From: Planctomycetota bacterium | Lineage (GTDB): Bacteria > Planctomycetota > Phycisphaerae > Phycisphaerales > SM1A02 | Reading direction: 5' to 3' | Assembly: GCA_022563315.1 (NCBI GenBank) | Contig: JADFNO010000001.1 | Coordinates: forward strand, 2,503-66,502 | Length of the DNA: 64,000 nt | Part shown: one piece after another, positions 22,527 through 31,872 of the stretch | Position numbering within the stretch: position 1 is the stretch's first letter | Layout of the letters: each line of letters starts with the position of its first letter | Translations under genes and position numbers: made by a program | The notes under the pieces: generated by a model | What the model saw: only the letters and a program-made list of their open reading frames with translations | Database searches by the model: none | Told to the model about the DNA's origin: nothing

Positions 22527-23200
22527 AACGGATATTGTTCTTCTATCTGATTCTGACGATCATCATCGGCACGCCGATTTCGTGGTACGCCTGGCCGAAG
22601 TCGCTTCCTCATCAGATGTCACCTTCCGACATGAGACTCTATTACCGAGGATTCGGGTTCAATGACGGGACCGGCATCTTCGGCAGACGCTGGTATGCGG
22701 TGACATTCGATCCCGAGCATGACGGCAGTCATTGGCAATTCGAGTTCATCGATTCAGGATATAACCCATACAAGGCGTTCTACTCAGACGGCTCGCTCCA
22801 GCAAGAAGGTAAATGCAGAATCGAGATCATGGGACTTGAGTATGCGCCGTACCCCAACTGGAGTGATTTGGAATGGGCAAAGTGCTATCGGCCGGATGGT
22901 TCACTTGGATCGAAAATTGTCGACGGCACCGGAACCCAAACGCAATGGATGCAGGATGGAACTAAGGTATGGGAATTGGAGTTAGTGGACTACGAGCGCG
23001 TAGCTCACACAAGGTGGTATCCCAACGGACAGTTGCGCACCCACCAAGCCTACGTGAACGGCGAAGTGCACGGACCCTTTATCAGCTACTATCCGTCCGG
23101 AGCCAAGCAGACCGAGGGCGCGTACGACGCAGGACGGCGCGTCGGCACATGGATCCGGTACAACGAGGACGGTTCCGTTGAATCAACCGAGTCAAATTGA
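22523..23200 (+). CDS. MORN-variant repeat protein (YwqK-like)
   Basis: An N-terminal TM plus repeats such as 'WYPNGQLRTHQAYVNGEVHGPFISYYPSGAKQTEGAYDAGRRVGTWIRYNEDGS'. It overlaps the ABM gene by 4 nt. Confidence 0.65.
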   Translation: MKRILFFYLILTIIIGTPISWYAWPKSLPHQMSPSDMRLYYRGFGFNDGTGIFGRRWYAVTFDPEHDGSHWQFEFIDSGYNPYKAFYSDGSLQQEGKCRIEIMGLEYAPYPNWSDLEWAKCYRPDGSLGSKIVDGTGTQTQWMQDGTKVWELELVDYERVAHTRWYPNGQLRTHQAYVNGEVHGPFISYYPSGAKQTEGAYDAGRRVGTWIRYNEDGSVESTESN

Positions 23201-23228
23201 ATGATCGAGAATCGGGACGGCGAAAGCT

Positions 23229-23260
23229 CGATGCCTCGATGCCATGACGCCGCTATGCCT
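23229..23260. repeat. Degenerate 8-bp tandem array (cgatgcct-like x4)
   Basis: The units read cgatgcct, cgatgcca, tgacgccg, ctatgcct. The array abuts the adk stop codon. Confidence 0.6.
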
Positions 23261-23877
23261 CACCCGAGCGGGTTGCCGAAGTGGTCGCGATAGACGGGTA
23301 CGATCGCTTGGAGCACTTGCATCAGCACCTCGGCCGGCGTACCGACGGCGATCACGTCGCTGATCAGATGCGCATCGTAATAACTCAGCACCGGCGCGGT
23401 TTCTTCATCGTACACCTCGAAGCGCCGGCGAATGACCGATTCGTCGGCATCATCAATTCGCCCTTCGGTCTCGGCCCGCTTCTTCATGCGTTGCACCATC
23501 TCGTCGATGTTGGGGGCCTTGAGATGGATGATTCGCAGCACCTCGATGTGCGCATCGACGATCTTCGCCTGGTTGACGTTGCGCGGAATTCCATCTAACA
23601 CGAGCAGGTCCGTACCGGGTCGAAAATCCTCGGCCTCGATCTTCTGTTGCATGTAACCCTGCCAGGCCCGGATCGTGAACTCGTCCGGGACGAGCAACCC
23701 CTGCGAGGAATACTCCAAAAACTTCTTGCCCAGCTCGGATTCTTTGTCGAGTGAGCGGAAAACATCGCCGGTGGCGAGATGGAAGAAGCCGGGGATATGG
23801 CCGAGGAGTTTGCCCTGGGTTCCCTTGCCTACGCCCGGGGCGCCAAAGAGGAGCACACTTTGGTAACGGCCTGCCAT
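23260..23877 (-). CDS. adk: Adenylate kinase
   Basis: P-loop 'LLFGAPGVGKGTQGKLL', plus 'ATGDVFR' and 'VLDGIPRNVNQA'. I chose the ATG at 23877 (205 aa). The longer ORF to 24363 overlaps recJ and has no Adk homology. Confidence 0.9.
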   Translation of the reverse strand: MAGRYQSVLLFGAPGVGKGTQGKLLGHIPGFFHLATGDVFRSLDKESELGKKFLEYSSQGLLVPDEFTIRAWQGYMQQKIEAEDFRPGTDLLVLDGIPRNVNQAKIVDAHIEVLRIIHLKAPNIDEMVQRMKKRAETEGRIDDADESVIRRRFEVYDEETAPVLSYYDAHLISDVIAVGTPAEVLMQVLQAIVPVYRDHFGNPLG

Positions 23878-23913
23878 GCGAAATCTCCGAGATCGTGGTC
23901 GCGAGCGAACAGT

Positions 23914-25776
23914 ATGGCGAGAAACGGTCGAGTCGCAAAGCCCCCCCCGCCCCCGGAATTGAAAAGAAGGCAACCGGGTTCCATAGGTGGCGAGCCACGG
24001 CCACAAAGCGTATCGTCCGCAGTCGTGCGAGGGTTGACCCGACGTTGGATTTATCGTGCACCGGGCGAGGCGACCCCGGCCGAGCCATCGTCCGTCGTGC
24101 AGCGGGTCTTGAAAGCTCGCGGATTGACCGGCCCGGATGCCATTCGCCGATTCTGCGAGCCGAAGCTCACTGACCTCCACGATCCGGGGCTGCTCCCCAA
24201 TGTAGAACGTGCGGCCCTGCGGCTGGTCGAGGCGGTGCGCGGCCAAGAGCAGATCGTGATCTATGGCGACTACGACGTCGATGGGATCACCGCCAGCGCT
24301 ATCCTTTATTACATCATCAAGGCGGTCGCGCCGGACGCCAACGTTCGGACCTACGTGCCGCACCGTATAGATGACGGTTACGGCCTCAGCGGTGACGCAT
24401 TACGGCAGCTCAGATCAGACGGGGCCCAGCTCGTGATCTCGGTGGATTGCGGCATCACCGCGATCGAGCCGGCCCGAATCGCCCGTGAGATCGGCCTGGA
24501 CCTGATCATCACCGACCACCACCGTCCGCCGCAGGAAGCAGGTGCGCTGCCGGACGCCTTTGCGATCGTCCATCCGGGTTTGCCTGGAAGTACGTATCCA
24601 TTCAGCGAGCTTTGCGGCGCGGGTGTCGCCTACAAGCTCGCGTGGCTGTTTGCAACAGTTTGGTGCGGCTCCAAGCGCGTCGGCAAATCACTCCAACAGA
24701 CGCTGCTTCATTTGTTGCCGCTCGCTGCCCTGGGGACGATCGCGGACGTCGTGCCGTTGGTTGACGAGAATAGGGTGATTGCCATGTTCGGCTTGCGTTG
24801 GATGAAGCAGACACCCATCGTTGGGTTGCGGGCGCTGATCGAAGCTTCGGGCCTGATGGACGAACATATCGACTCAGAGAAAGTGGGGTTCGTGCTCGGA
24901 CCGCGACTCAATGCTTGCGGACGAATGGGTCATGCGGAAGAAGCGTTGCGTATGCTCACGACGTCCTCCACTGGGGAAGCTGCGACAATCGCAGCCCAAC
25001 TCACGCAGTTGAATAGACAGCGCCAGAAGACGGAGCGGGAGGTATGTGATCACGCGGCCCAAATGGCTGAAGATTCGGGAATGACCGCCGACGATCACCG
25101 CGCGATCGTTTTGGCCGATGAATCCTGGCATCGTGGGGTGATCGGGGTAGTATGTTCTCGGATCGTCGATCGCTTCGGCCGGCCAACGATCCTGCTTCAG
25201 CGAGAAGGCGATACGTGCAAGGGTTCGGCGCGCAGTATCGACGGATACTCGATGTACGATGCGCTGAGCGCATGCTCGGATCATCTGCTCAATTTCGGCG
25301 GGCACGATGGCGCGGCTGGTCTGTCCGTAGCGACGGCGAATCTTCCCGCCTTCACCGAAGCGTTCGTCGAGCACGCCAACGCCCACATCAGCGCCGAGGA
25401 ACTCACGCCAGCTGTGGACATCGACTGCGACGCCACGCTAGACGAGCTGGATATGGATACGGTGAAGCGGATCGCGGCCCTGTCGCCGTTCGGCCGATCG
25501 AATCCTCGCCCCGCGCTGCGCATTGAGCGGGCCACGCTCGCCGAGGCGCCTCGCCAGATTGGCAGGAACGGCCGGCACCTGACGCTCCGGCTGCAACAGG
25601 ATCTCGGGGCGAGCCGAAAGATCGTGCGAACCGTCTGGTGGGGTGCGGGCGGCTTGGCCGCTGATCTTGCTGCGGGCATGTGCCTGGACGTCATCATCGA
25701 ACCCAAGATCAATACCTGGAACGGTCGGACGAGCGTCGAGGGCGAAATCAAAGACGTGCGCGTGTGCGAAGTGTGA
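23914..25776 (+). CDS. recJ: Single-stranded-DNA-specific exonuclease RecJ
   Basis: DHH motifs 'IVIYGDYDVDGITASAIL', 'VDCGI' and 'IITDHH', plus the DHHA1 motif 'FGGHDGAAG'. I chose the ATG at 23914; the longest ORF begins at 23779. Confidence 0.9.
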   Translation: MARNGRVAKPPPPPELKRRQPGSIGGEPRPQSVSSAVVRGLTRRWIYRAPGEATPAEPSSVVQRVLKARGLTGPDAIRRFCEPKLTDLHDPGLLPNVERAALRLVEAVRGQEQIVIYGDYDVDGITASAILYYIIKAVAPDANVRTYVPHRIDDGYGLSGDALRQLRSDGAQLVISVDCGITAIEPARIAREIGLDLIITDHHRPPQEAGALPDAFAIVHPGLPGSTYPFSELCGAGVAYKLAWLFATVWCGSKRVGKSLQQTLLHLLPLAALGTIADVVPLVDENRVIAMFGLRWMKQTPIVGLRALIEASGLMDEHIDSEKVGFVLGPRLNACGRMGHAEEALRMLTTSSTGEAATIAAQLTQLNRQRQKTEREVCDHAAQMAEDSGMTADDHRAIVLADESWHRGVIGVVCSRIVDRFGRPTILLQREGDTCKGSARSIDGYSMYDALSACSDHLLNFGGHDGAAGLSVATANLPAFTEAFVEHANAHISAEELTPAVDIDCDATLDELDMDTVKRIAALSPFGRSNPRPALRIERATLAEAPRQIGRNGRHLTLRLQQDLGASRKIVRTVWWGAGGLAADLAAGMCLDVIIEPKINTWNGRTSVEGEIKDVRVCEV

Positions 25777-25786
25777 TCGCAAGAGC

Positions 25787-25810
25787 CTGCGGATATTCAT
25801 CCGCAGCTAG
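25787..25810. repeat. REP-like hairpin element, copy 2 (ctgcggat-attc-atccgcag + ctag); probable bidirectional terminator
   Basis: An 8-bp perfect stem between the convergent recJ and GAF genes. It belongs to the same sequence family as 21541-21564. Confidence 0.7.
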
Positions 25811-26286
25811 GAAGAGTGCGAAGTAAGTCCGGCCGCTTCGAGCACCTGATGTAAACCGAGCGCATCGGATTCATCGAACGCGCCGAGGTCCGACGAATCG
25901 ATATCCAGCACACCCCAGCACACGCCGCGCTCATCGAGCAGCGGCATGACGATCTCGGATCGGTCCCGCGGATCGCAGGCGATGTAGTTCTCGCCCAGTT
26001 CAGTCACGTCCCGAACGATGCGCGGTTTCTTGGAGCGCAACGCCTGACCGCACACACCGTGCAGGCCGATCGGTGAACACGCCGGCTTGTCACGGCGCCA
26101 ACTCAGCACGAGCCTCTTCTCATCCGGCTCGTGCGGCCTATCAATATAGAAACCGACCCAGGAGTACCCGTGATTCTCAAAGGCGACCCACAGCGCGTCA
26201 ACGACCGCGAGCATGCGCTGGTCGCGTGCGCCGATCGGCTTCAATTGATCGACCACGGCTTGATAGTCACGAGACGTAGACGCCAT
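25807..26286 (-). CDS. GAF-domain protein, free methionine-(R)-sulfoxide reductase (fRMsr/YebR)-like
   Basis: 'WVGFYI...CSPIGLHGVCGQA...IVRDVTELGENYIACDPRDRSEIVMPL...GVLDIDS' resembles fRMsr-type GAF proteins. I chose the ATG at 26286 (159 aa); the ORF extends to 26340. Confidence 0.7.
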   Translation of the reverse strand: MASTSRDYQAVVDQLKPIGARDQRMLAVVDALWVAFENHGYSWVGFYIDRPHEPDEKRLVLSWRRDKPACSPIGLHGVCGQALRSKKPRIVRDVTELGENYIACDPRDRSEIVMPLLDERGVCWGVLDIDSSDLGAFDESDALGLHQVLEAAGLTSHSS

Positions 26287-26357
26287 GGCACGATGATAGA
26301 TCGTTGAAGGCGACGATGGGTTGTGCCTCCGTAGGGTCAAGCCCTACGGCTAAACCT

Positions 26358-26445
26358 CAATGCCTCATTGCCTCGATGCCTCGATGCCTCGATGCCTTGA
26401 TGCCTTGATGCCTTGATGCCTTGATGCCTTGATGCCTTGATGCCT
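26358..26445. repeat. 8-bp tandem array (YRWTGCCT x11)
   Basis: The units read caatgcct, cattgcct, cgatgcct x3, tgatgcct x6. The array ends 7 nt before the GspF-2 stop codon. Confidence 0.9.
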
Positions 26446-26452
26446 TCCGCCC

Positions 26453-27703
26453 TCACCCGCCGGCCATCACTTTGCCCATGCTAAAGATCGGCAGCAGCAG
26501 CGCCAGGGCGACCGAGCCAATCACCACACCCATGAGAATGATCATCACCGGTTCAATGTATGCGGTAACTTGGCGCACGGCGGCGTCCAGCTCCTCCTGA
26601 CTGAACTGGGCGATGCGCTCCATGACCTCGGGCAGGCGGCCGGATCGCTCACCGGCTGAGATCATCGAGGCGACATTAGCGCCGACGAATTTGTGCTGAA
26701 AAACGGCGTCGCTCATCTGCCGGCCGTTGCGAATTTCGTCGGTCATGGTATCCCAGAGCCGATCGTAGTACGCGTTATTCGTCACGCCGCGGCAGATATC
26801 AATAACGTCGAGCACGTTGACGCCCGTGCCCAGGAGGGTGGCCATCGTGCGTGAAGCGCGGGTGATGTACAACTGCCGGTACATGCCGCGTAACCCAGGC
26901 ACATTCAGCCGGACCCAATCGGCGGCTCGCCGGCCGGACTGAGTCTTCAGCCAGACCACGAGCGCGACGACGGCGAGAATACTCAGCGGCCCATACCACA
27001 GGTACTCAGTGGTTATGAAATTACTCATCGCCAGCAGAATCCTGGTCGGCGTGGGCAGTGACGCGGATCGCTCGCCGTAGATCGTGGCAAACCGAGGCAG
27101 CACGAACGCCATCAGGAAAACGGTCATCGCGAGACTGCTCGCCATCATGAAGAGGGGGTAGGCCAGTGCTCCCTTCACTTGCCGTGCCGTCTGCCGCTCC
27201 TTGGAGAGGTACTCGCCGACTCGTCCCAGCATCAAGGCCATGGTTCCGGAAGCCTCCGACGCTCGCATCAGGCTGATCATCATCGACGGAAAGATGCGAG
27301 GCCACTTCATCATCGATGTTGACAGTGGCTCGCCGCCGTCGAGGTCCTCCCGCACGACAATCAGGACCTCGCGGAAGTCCCGGCTCGGCGTCTGATCGCT
27401 GAACGCCTGCATCGCCTCCGACAACGGCACGCCGGTCTCGAGCATCACCGACAATTGCTGGCAGAACGCAATCACATCCTCACGCTTGACGCGCTTTGCC
27501 GCTTCAGCGCGCCGAATCTGCTTGCGATCGAGTCGTGCGTCGACGCGCATGGGGTTCGCCTCGACCTCGAAGACGAATTTTCCCTCTGCCCGGAGGCGCG
27601 CGTTCACGTCCTCCGGACTCGACGCGATCAGCGTGCCGGTCACGACCGCTCCGGTCTTATCACGGGCCTTGTAGCCGTATGTACTTTCGACTGGCATAGA
27701 CAA
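26453..27703 (-). CDS. GspF/PilC-family platform protein (cluster 2)
   Basis: 416 aa with two T2SSF repeats ('FCQQLSVMLETGVPLSEAM', 'ITRASRTMATLLGTGVNVLDVIDI') and three TM segments. Confidence 0.9.
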   Translation of the reverse strand: MSMPVESTYGYKARDKTGAVVTGTLIASSPEDVNARLRAEGKFVFEVEANPMRVDARLDRKQIRRAEAAKRVKREDVIAFCQQLSVMLETGVPLSEAMQAFSDQTPSRDFREVLIVVREDLDGGEPLSTSMMKWPRIFPSMMISLMRASEASGTMALMLGRVGEYLSKERQTARQVKGALAYPLFMMASSLAMTVFLMAFVLPRFATIYGERSASLPTPTRILLAMSNFITTEYLWYGPLSILAVVALVVWLKTQSGRRAADWVRLNVPGLRGMYRQLYITRASRTMATLLGTGVNVLDVIDICRGVTNNAYYDRLWDTMTDEIRNGRQMSDAVFQHKFVGANVASMISAGERSGRLPEVMERIAQFSQEELDAAVRQVTAYIEPVMIILMGVVIGSVALALLLPIFSMGKVMAGG

Positions 27704-27721
27704 ATCGTTCTCACATCTGCG

Positions 27722-29455
27722 TCACATGCTCGTGACGTAGAACACTTCCTCAGCGGTGGTCAATCCACCCTCGACCTTTTCCATGCCGTCCGCGCGCAAC
27801 GTTCCAAAGCCGCTCTTGGCGAGAATGGTTCGAAGCTCCTGGAGGTTCGCCCCGCGCGCGACGGCGGTCAGAAGCTCCTCGTCGGGAACGAGCAGCTCGA
27901 AGATTCCAATTCGCCCGGCGAAACCCGTCCCGCGACACCGACTGCAGCCTTGACCGCGAGAGAGATCCTCAATCGGGCCGCAGTAATTCTCGACGGCCTC
28001 GCGGATGACCGGCTCGGGCTCGTACGTCTCCTTGCAATGTGGGCAGATTTTCCGCACCAGACGCTGAGCGAGGACGCCGCGGAGGGTCGCCGCCACCAGG
28101 TAGGGCTCGATCCCGATGTTGACAAGGCGAGTCACGGCGCTGGGCGCATCGTTGGTATGGAGGGTTGAGAAGACCAGATGCCCGGTCAACGCCGCCTGGA
28201 TCGCCGTGGCGGCGGTCTCGGCATCACGCACCTCGCCGACCATCAGTATGTCGGGGTCTTGACGTAACATCGAGCGCAGGGCGAGCGCGAAGCTGAACCC
28301 GGCTTTCTCATTCACCTGTGACTGATTGATGCCCGGGATGTTCGCTTCGATCGGGTCCTCGACCGTGCATATGTTCTGCTCGTCGGAGTTGAGCAGGCTC
28401 AGCACAGAGTACAAGGTTGTCGACTTGCCGGACCCGGTCGGCCCGGTGACGAGTACGACGCCGTTGGGCTGGCGGACAACCTCCTTCCAACCCAGGAGCA
28501 TCCCCGCCGAAAACCCGAGCTTGTCCAGTGACACGATCGAGTTGCGGTTGTCGATGATCCGGATCACGACCTTCTCGCCGAACTTGCCCGGCATGGTGGA
28601 GACGCGAAGATCGATCGGTCGGCCGTCCATCCGCACGTGGATATCGCCGTCTTGCGGCAAGCGCCGCTCGGAGATGTCAAGATTGCTCATGATCTTGATG
28701 CGGCTCGTCAGCGCCGCGTGCATCTGGTAGGGCGGGGCAAGCCGCTCGTACAATCGGCCGTCTACTCGGTACCGGACGCGCAGGCGATGATCGTCCGGCT
28801 CGATATGGATATCCGAGGCGGCGTCCTGCACCGCGCAATAGATAATGTAGTTGACAAGCTTCACGACCGGACTGTGCCCGGCGACTTCCTCAAGATCAGC
28901 CAACTCGGTGACCTGCCGCTCGATGAGGCTGAAATCGGCTTCATCGATGTCTTCATAAATGTCGTCGATGACAAAGACGTTCGCGGCCGGCAAGTACGAA
29001 CGAAGCGAGGTCTCGATCTCGGCGCTCGTCGCGGCGACGATCTGGACCTCATGCCCCGTCAGCCGCTGAATCTCCTCCACCAGGAAGACGTTGGCCGGCT
29101 CCGATACCGCAACCGTCAGTACGCCGCGGACAAGGAACAGGGGCAGGATCGTGTGCTCCTCAACAAACTCGCGCGGCAGAAGTTCGATGATTTGGGGATC
29201 CGCAATCTTTGCGGTATTCTGAACGAACGGCACACCATAGCCATCCGCAAGCGCCTCGATAACCTGCGGATCAGTGGCGAAATTCATTTCCACGAGGATT
29301 TCGCCGATCAGCTTCTTGTGCCCTTTTTGAGCTTGATGCTCGAGGGCCTCGGTGAGTTGGCTCGGCGTGATATATCCCTTGGCGATAAGCATCTCACCCA
29401 GTTGGCGGCGCGGGCCTGCGTCGACACTCGATGTTATTCGCGAATGCTGAATCAT
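27722..29455 (-). CDS. GspE/PilB-family ATPase (cluster 2)
   Basis: Walker A 'GPTGSGKSTT', a tetracysteine 'CPHC...CSRC', a T2SSE_N-like region, and a partly degenerate MshEN-like N-terminus. Confidence 0.95.
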   Translation of the reverse strand: MIQHSRITSSVDAGPRRQLGEMLIAKGYITPSQLTEALEHQAQKGHKKLIGEILVEMNFATDPQVIEALADGYGVPFVQNTAKIADPQIIELLPREFVEEHTILPLFLVRGVLTVAVSEPANVFLVEEIQRLTGHEVQIVAATSAEIETSLRSYLPAANVFVIDDIYEDIDEADFSLIERQVTELADLEEVAGHSPVVKLVNYIIYCAVQDAASDIHIEPDDHRLRVRYRVDGRLYERLAPPYQMHAALTSRIKIMSNLDISERRLPQDGDIHVRMDGRPIDLRVSTMPGKFGEKVVIRIIDNRNSIVSLDKLGFSAGMLLGWKEVVRQPNGVVLVTGPTGSGKSTTLYSVLSLLNSDEQNICTVEDPIEANIPGINQSQVNEKAGFSFALALRSMLRQDPDILMVGEVRDAETAATAIQAALTGHLVFSTLHTNDAPSAVTRLVNIGIEPYLVAATLRGVLAQRLVRKICPHCKETYEPEPVIREAVENYCGPIEDLSRGQGCSRCRGTGFAGRIGIFELLVPDEELLTAVARGANLQELRTILAKSGFGTLRADGMEKVEGGLTTAEEVFYVTSM

Positions 29456-29467
29456 CTTTCGCTCGAT

Positions 29468-29803
29468 CTACCGCAGGCTCTTGGCGGCGGCCTCTATGCT
29501 TTCGTGAACGGCGAACCGCCGATCAAGTCGGGTGACCTCAAAAATCTTCTGCACGGTCTCGCCGGGATTGACCAGTCGGCACTGGCCGGAGCGATTCGCC
29601 GTCTCATCCATGATCCACAGCAGCAGCTCGAGCCCCGCCGAGTCGATCAGTGTCAGATGCTCCAGGTCCAGGACGACGTCGCGGACCCCGGCGTCGAAGC
29701 GCTCCTGGCAGGTGCGGCGGAAGGCATCGGCCGAATCGGCGGTCAGTTCGCCACTGACCGTCAGCACGGTGATGGAGTCGTGATCTTCATAGCTGAGCTT
29801 CAT
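29468..29803 (-). CDS. STAS-domain protein, cluster 2
   Basis: 111 aa. 'VVLDLEHLTLIDSAGLELLL' is the core motif with the conserved Ser. There is an ATGA overlap with the upstream HD-GYP gene. Confidence 0.85.
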   Translation of the reverse strand: MKLSYEDHDSITVLTVSGELTADSADAFRRTCQERFDAGVRDVVLDLEHLTLIDSAGLELLLWIMDETANRSGQCRLVNPGETVQKIFEVTRLDRRFAVHESIEAAAKSLR

Positions 29804-31452
29804 GCTGCATCCTCCCGCGGCCGGGCCGCATCGTCTTGCAGGGCGCGATGCTCACGTACCAGACGGTCATAGCCGCTGAAATCGAGCGTGACGAATACCG
29901 GGGCCAAATCCGGATCGAACTGTGTGCCTGCGCATTGACTGATCTCGGCCAGGACCTCGGACCGTGTCATGGCGGCGCGATAGGTTCGTGTCGAACTCAT
30001 GGCATCGAACGAGTCCGCCAAGGCAATCAGCCGGGCCACCATCGGAATCCGCTGCCCCGAGAGTCCATGCGGGTAGCCCGCGCCGTCCCAGCGCTCGTGG
30101 TGGTAGAGGACGCCCGGGAGAATATCTTTCAACTGGGGAATGTCCTTCAAGATGCGGTATCCGATCTCCGGATGCTTGCGCATGGAGTCGAACTCCTCCT
30201 CGGTCAGCTTCCCGGGTTTGCAGAGAACAGTCTCGGGCACGCCGATCTTGCCGACGTCATGGATCAGGCCGGTGATCTGCATTCGACTGATGGTGTGGTC
30301 AGGCAGTCCGATTGCCTTGGCCAACTCTTGCGTAAGGTGGGCGACTCGTCGGGAGTGGCCAGAGGTGTATTGATCCTTCGCATCGATCGAGGCGGTCAGC
30401 GCATCGAGCGTGCCGAGAAACATCGCGTTGAGATCGTCGTACAGCGCGGCATTCTCGAGGAAGATCGCCATGTGCGTTGCTGTCGCGCCAAGCAGTTTCA
30501 TATCGACGGACGAGACGTCCCGGTCCGGCCCCTGCTTCTCGCCGGCAACGAGCAATCCGATCACTCGGTCGTCACGACTGATCGGGTGTGCCAGCACTGA
30601 TTTGCCGAGATCCGCAAAGCGGGCGTGCTCGTCGTTGATCGCCGGCCCCAGGACCAGCGGCGTCTCGGGCTGGGCCAGACTGAGCAGGTCTTGAACAAGA
30701 GGCCGCAGCGCGTCAACGGGTAGGTTCGGCTCGCCGCTCACTGTAAACAAGCCCGCGAGTTTCTTCAGCCGATCACGATCGTCCGCGAGCAGGGCCGCGA
30801 CCCAACCGTACGGCAATGTCCCCAACAGCTCCTCGCACACGATCGTGACGAACCGTCTCGGCTGCTGCACGACCGTCATGCTTTGCGTGATCGAATAGAG
30901 CAAGCTGATCTCTTCGTACGAGTCGGCAAGCTGCTGACCCACGCTCTCCATGGCTTCGTCGTTCGAGGCCAGTTGAACATGGTCGGCGAGCGCATAGCTG
31001 GTCATCACGGCCAGTCTTTGGACGTCGGCTTCACCGGCGGGCGGAAGCTCGGCGAGTCGGCGACGCGTCAGTTCGAAGTCCATGCGCACAGACTGGCACA
31101 TTGCTGACAGTTGCTCGCAATCGAGGAACGCGTCGGTGAGGATCACCGCCACGGCATAGCCGACCCGTCGGCGGCGACGGACGCGCGGCATGGGGAAGAC
31201 CCAGCAGCCCGGGAACAACTCGAGACCCGGCAGCTCGCTGAGTTGTTTCCATTTCCCGGCCGCTTCTCGCAGAGCGCCTCGGAAAATGCGCGAAAGGCAG
31301 AACAAATCCGCCAGCCAGTCGGTGCCCGGCCGCGGCCTGGAGTTCAAATGCCCCACGGTATCGCAGTCCAACAGCAGCAGACCGACCTCCCGGAGCCGTT
31401 GCGCGACGGCTCGGGTCGCCTTGGTCTCGAGATGGCTGTCGCGCTGATTCAC
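29800..31452 (-). CDS. GAF + HD-GYP domain protein (cluster 2)
   Basis: 'GHSRRVAHL...GLIHDVGKIGVPETVL...YHHERWDGAGYPHGL...DSFDAMSSTRTYR'. By eye it is ~60% identical to 2391..4010 over the catalytic half. Confidence 0.9.
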   Translation of the reverse strand: MNQRDSHLETKATRAVAQRLREVGLLLLDCDTVGHLNSRPRPGTDWLADLFCLSRIFRGALREAAGKWKQLSELPGLELFPGCWVFPMPRVRRRRRVGYAVAVILTDAFLDCEQLSAMCQSVRMDFELTRRRLAELPPAGEADVQRLAVMTSYALADHVQLASNDEAMESVGQQLADSYEEISLLYSITQSMTVVQQPRRFVTIVCEELLGTLPYGWVAALLADDRDRLKKLAGLFTVSGEPNLPVDALRPLVQDLLSLAQPETPLVLGPAINDEHARFADLGKSVLAHPISRDDRVIGLLVAGEKQGPDRDVSSVDMKLLGATATHMAIFLENAALYDDLNAMFLGTLDALTASIDAKDQYTSGHSRRVAHLTQELAKAIGLPDHTISRMQITGLIHDVGKIGVPETVLCKPGKLTEEEFDSMRKHPEIGYRILKDIPQLKDILPGVLYHHERWDGAGYPHGLSGQRIPMVARLIALADSFDAMSSTRTYRAAMTRSEVLAEISQCAGTQFDPDLAPVFVTLDFSGYDRLVREHRALQDDAARPREDAA

Positions 31453-31862
31453 CCCGTCTTTGTCCTCGATTTGCGCAGCCCGGTCTCATCCGCGGCGCAA
31501 CCTGGCAGATCGTTCACCAATTTCAGGACAGCCCGCGGGCTGAACGGTTTGCTGATGACCCCCTTGATGTTCCCGATCTGAAGGTCCTCGTCATCCAAGG
31601 CGTAGCCTCGCGCCGTAATGATCAGCACCGGTATCTGTGACGTCGGACCGTAGTCGGCCAACGCGCGACACAGTTCAAGACCGGTCATGTACGGCATCTG
31701 AAAGTCGGTGATGACGAGATCCGGCAACTCCTGACAGGCGAGTTCGAAGGCCTCCTCGCCGTCCACCGAGGTGAGGACGTCGTGTCCGGCGTTGCGAAGC
31801 TTCAAGGACAGCACGTGCAGGATGTGCGCCTCATCATCAACTACAAGGATTCGATAAGCCAT
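31449..31862 (-). CDS. Stand-alone response-regulator receiver (cluster 2)
   Basis: 'ILVVDDEAHIL', 'DLVITDFQMPYMTG', 'ITARG' and 'SKPF'. The ATG at 31862 has a GAGGAGGAG Shine-Dalgarno upstream. There is a GTGA overlap with the HD-GYP gene. Confidence 0.9.
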   Translation of the reverse strand: MAYRILVVDDEAHILHVLSLKLRNAGHDVLTSVDGEEAFELACQELPDLVITDFQMPYMTGLELCRALADYGPTSQIPVLIITARGYALDDEDLQIGNIKGVISKPFSPRAVLKLVNDLPGCAADETGLRKSRTKTG

Positions 31863-31872
31863 TGACTCCTCC

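Noticed and set aside
23878-24363. N-terminal extension of the adenylate kinase ORF (367-aa version) overlapping recJ.
   Set aside because: Adk homology starts at the internal Met (23877), which gives a normal 205-aa protein. The extension is Arg/Gly-rich junk and would overlap the divergent recJ coding region.
28637-29872. 411-aa plus-strand ORF overlapping GspE-2 and STAS-2.
   Set aside because: It is antisense to two genes with unambiguous motifs and has no motifs of its own. It is a high-GC artefact. The same reasoning applies to 15399..16463, 32338..33333, 62541..63749, 13666..14451 and similar ORFs.
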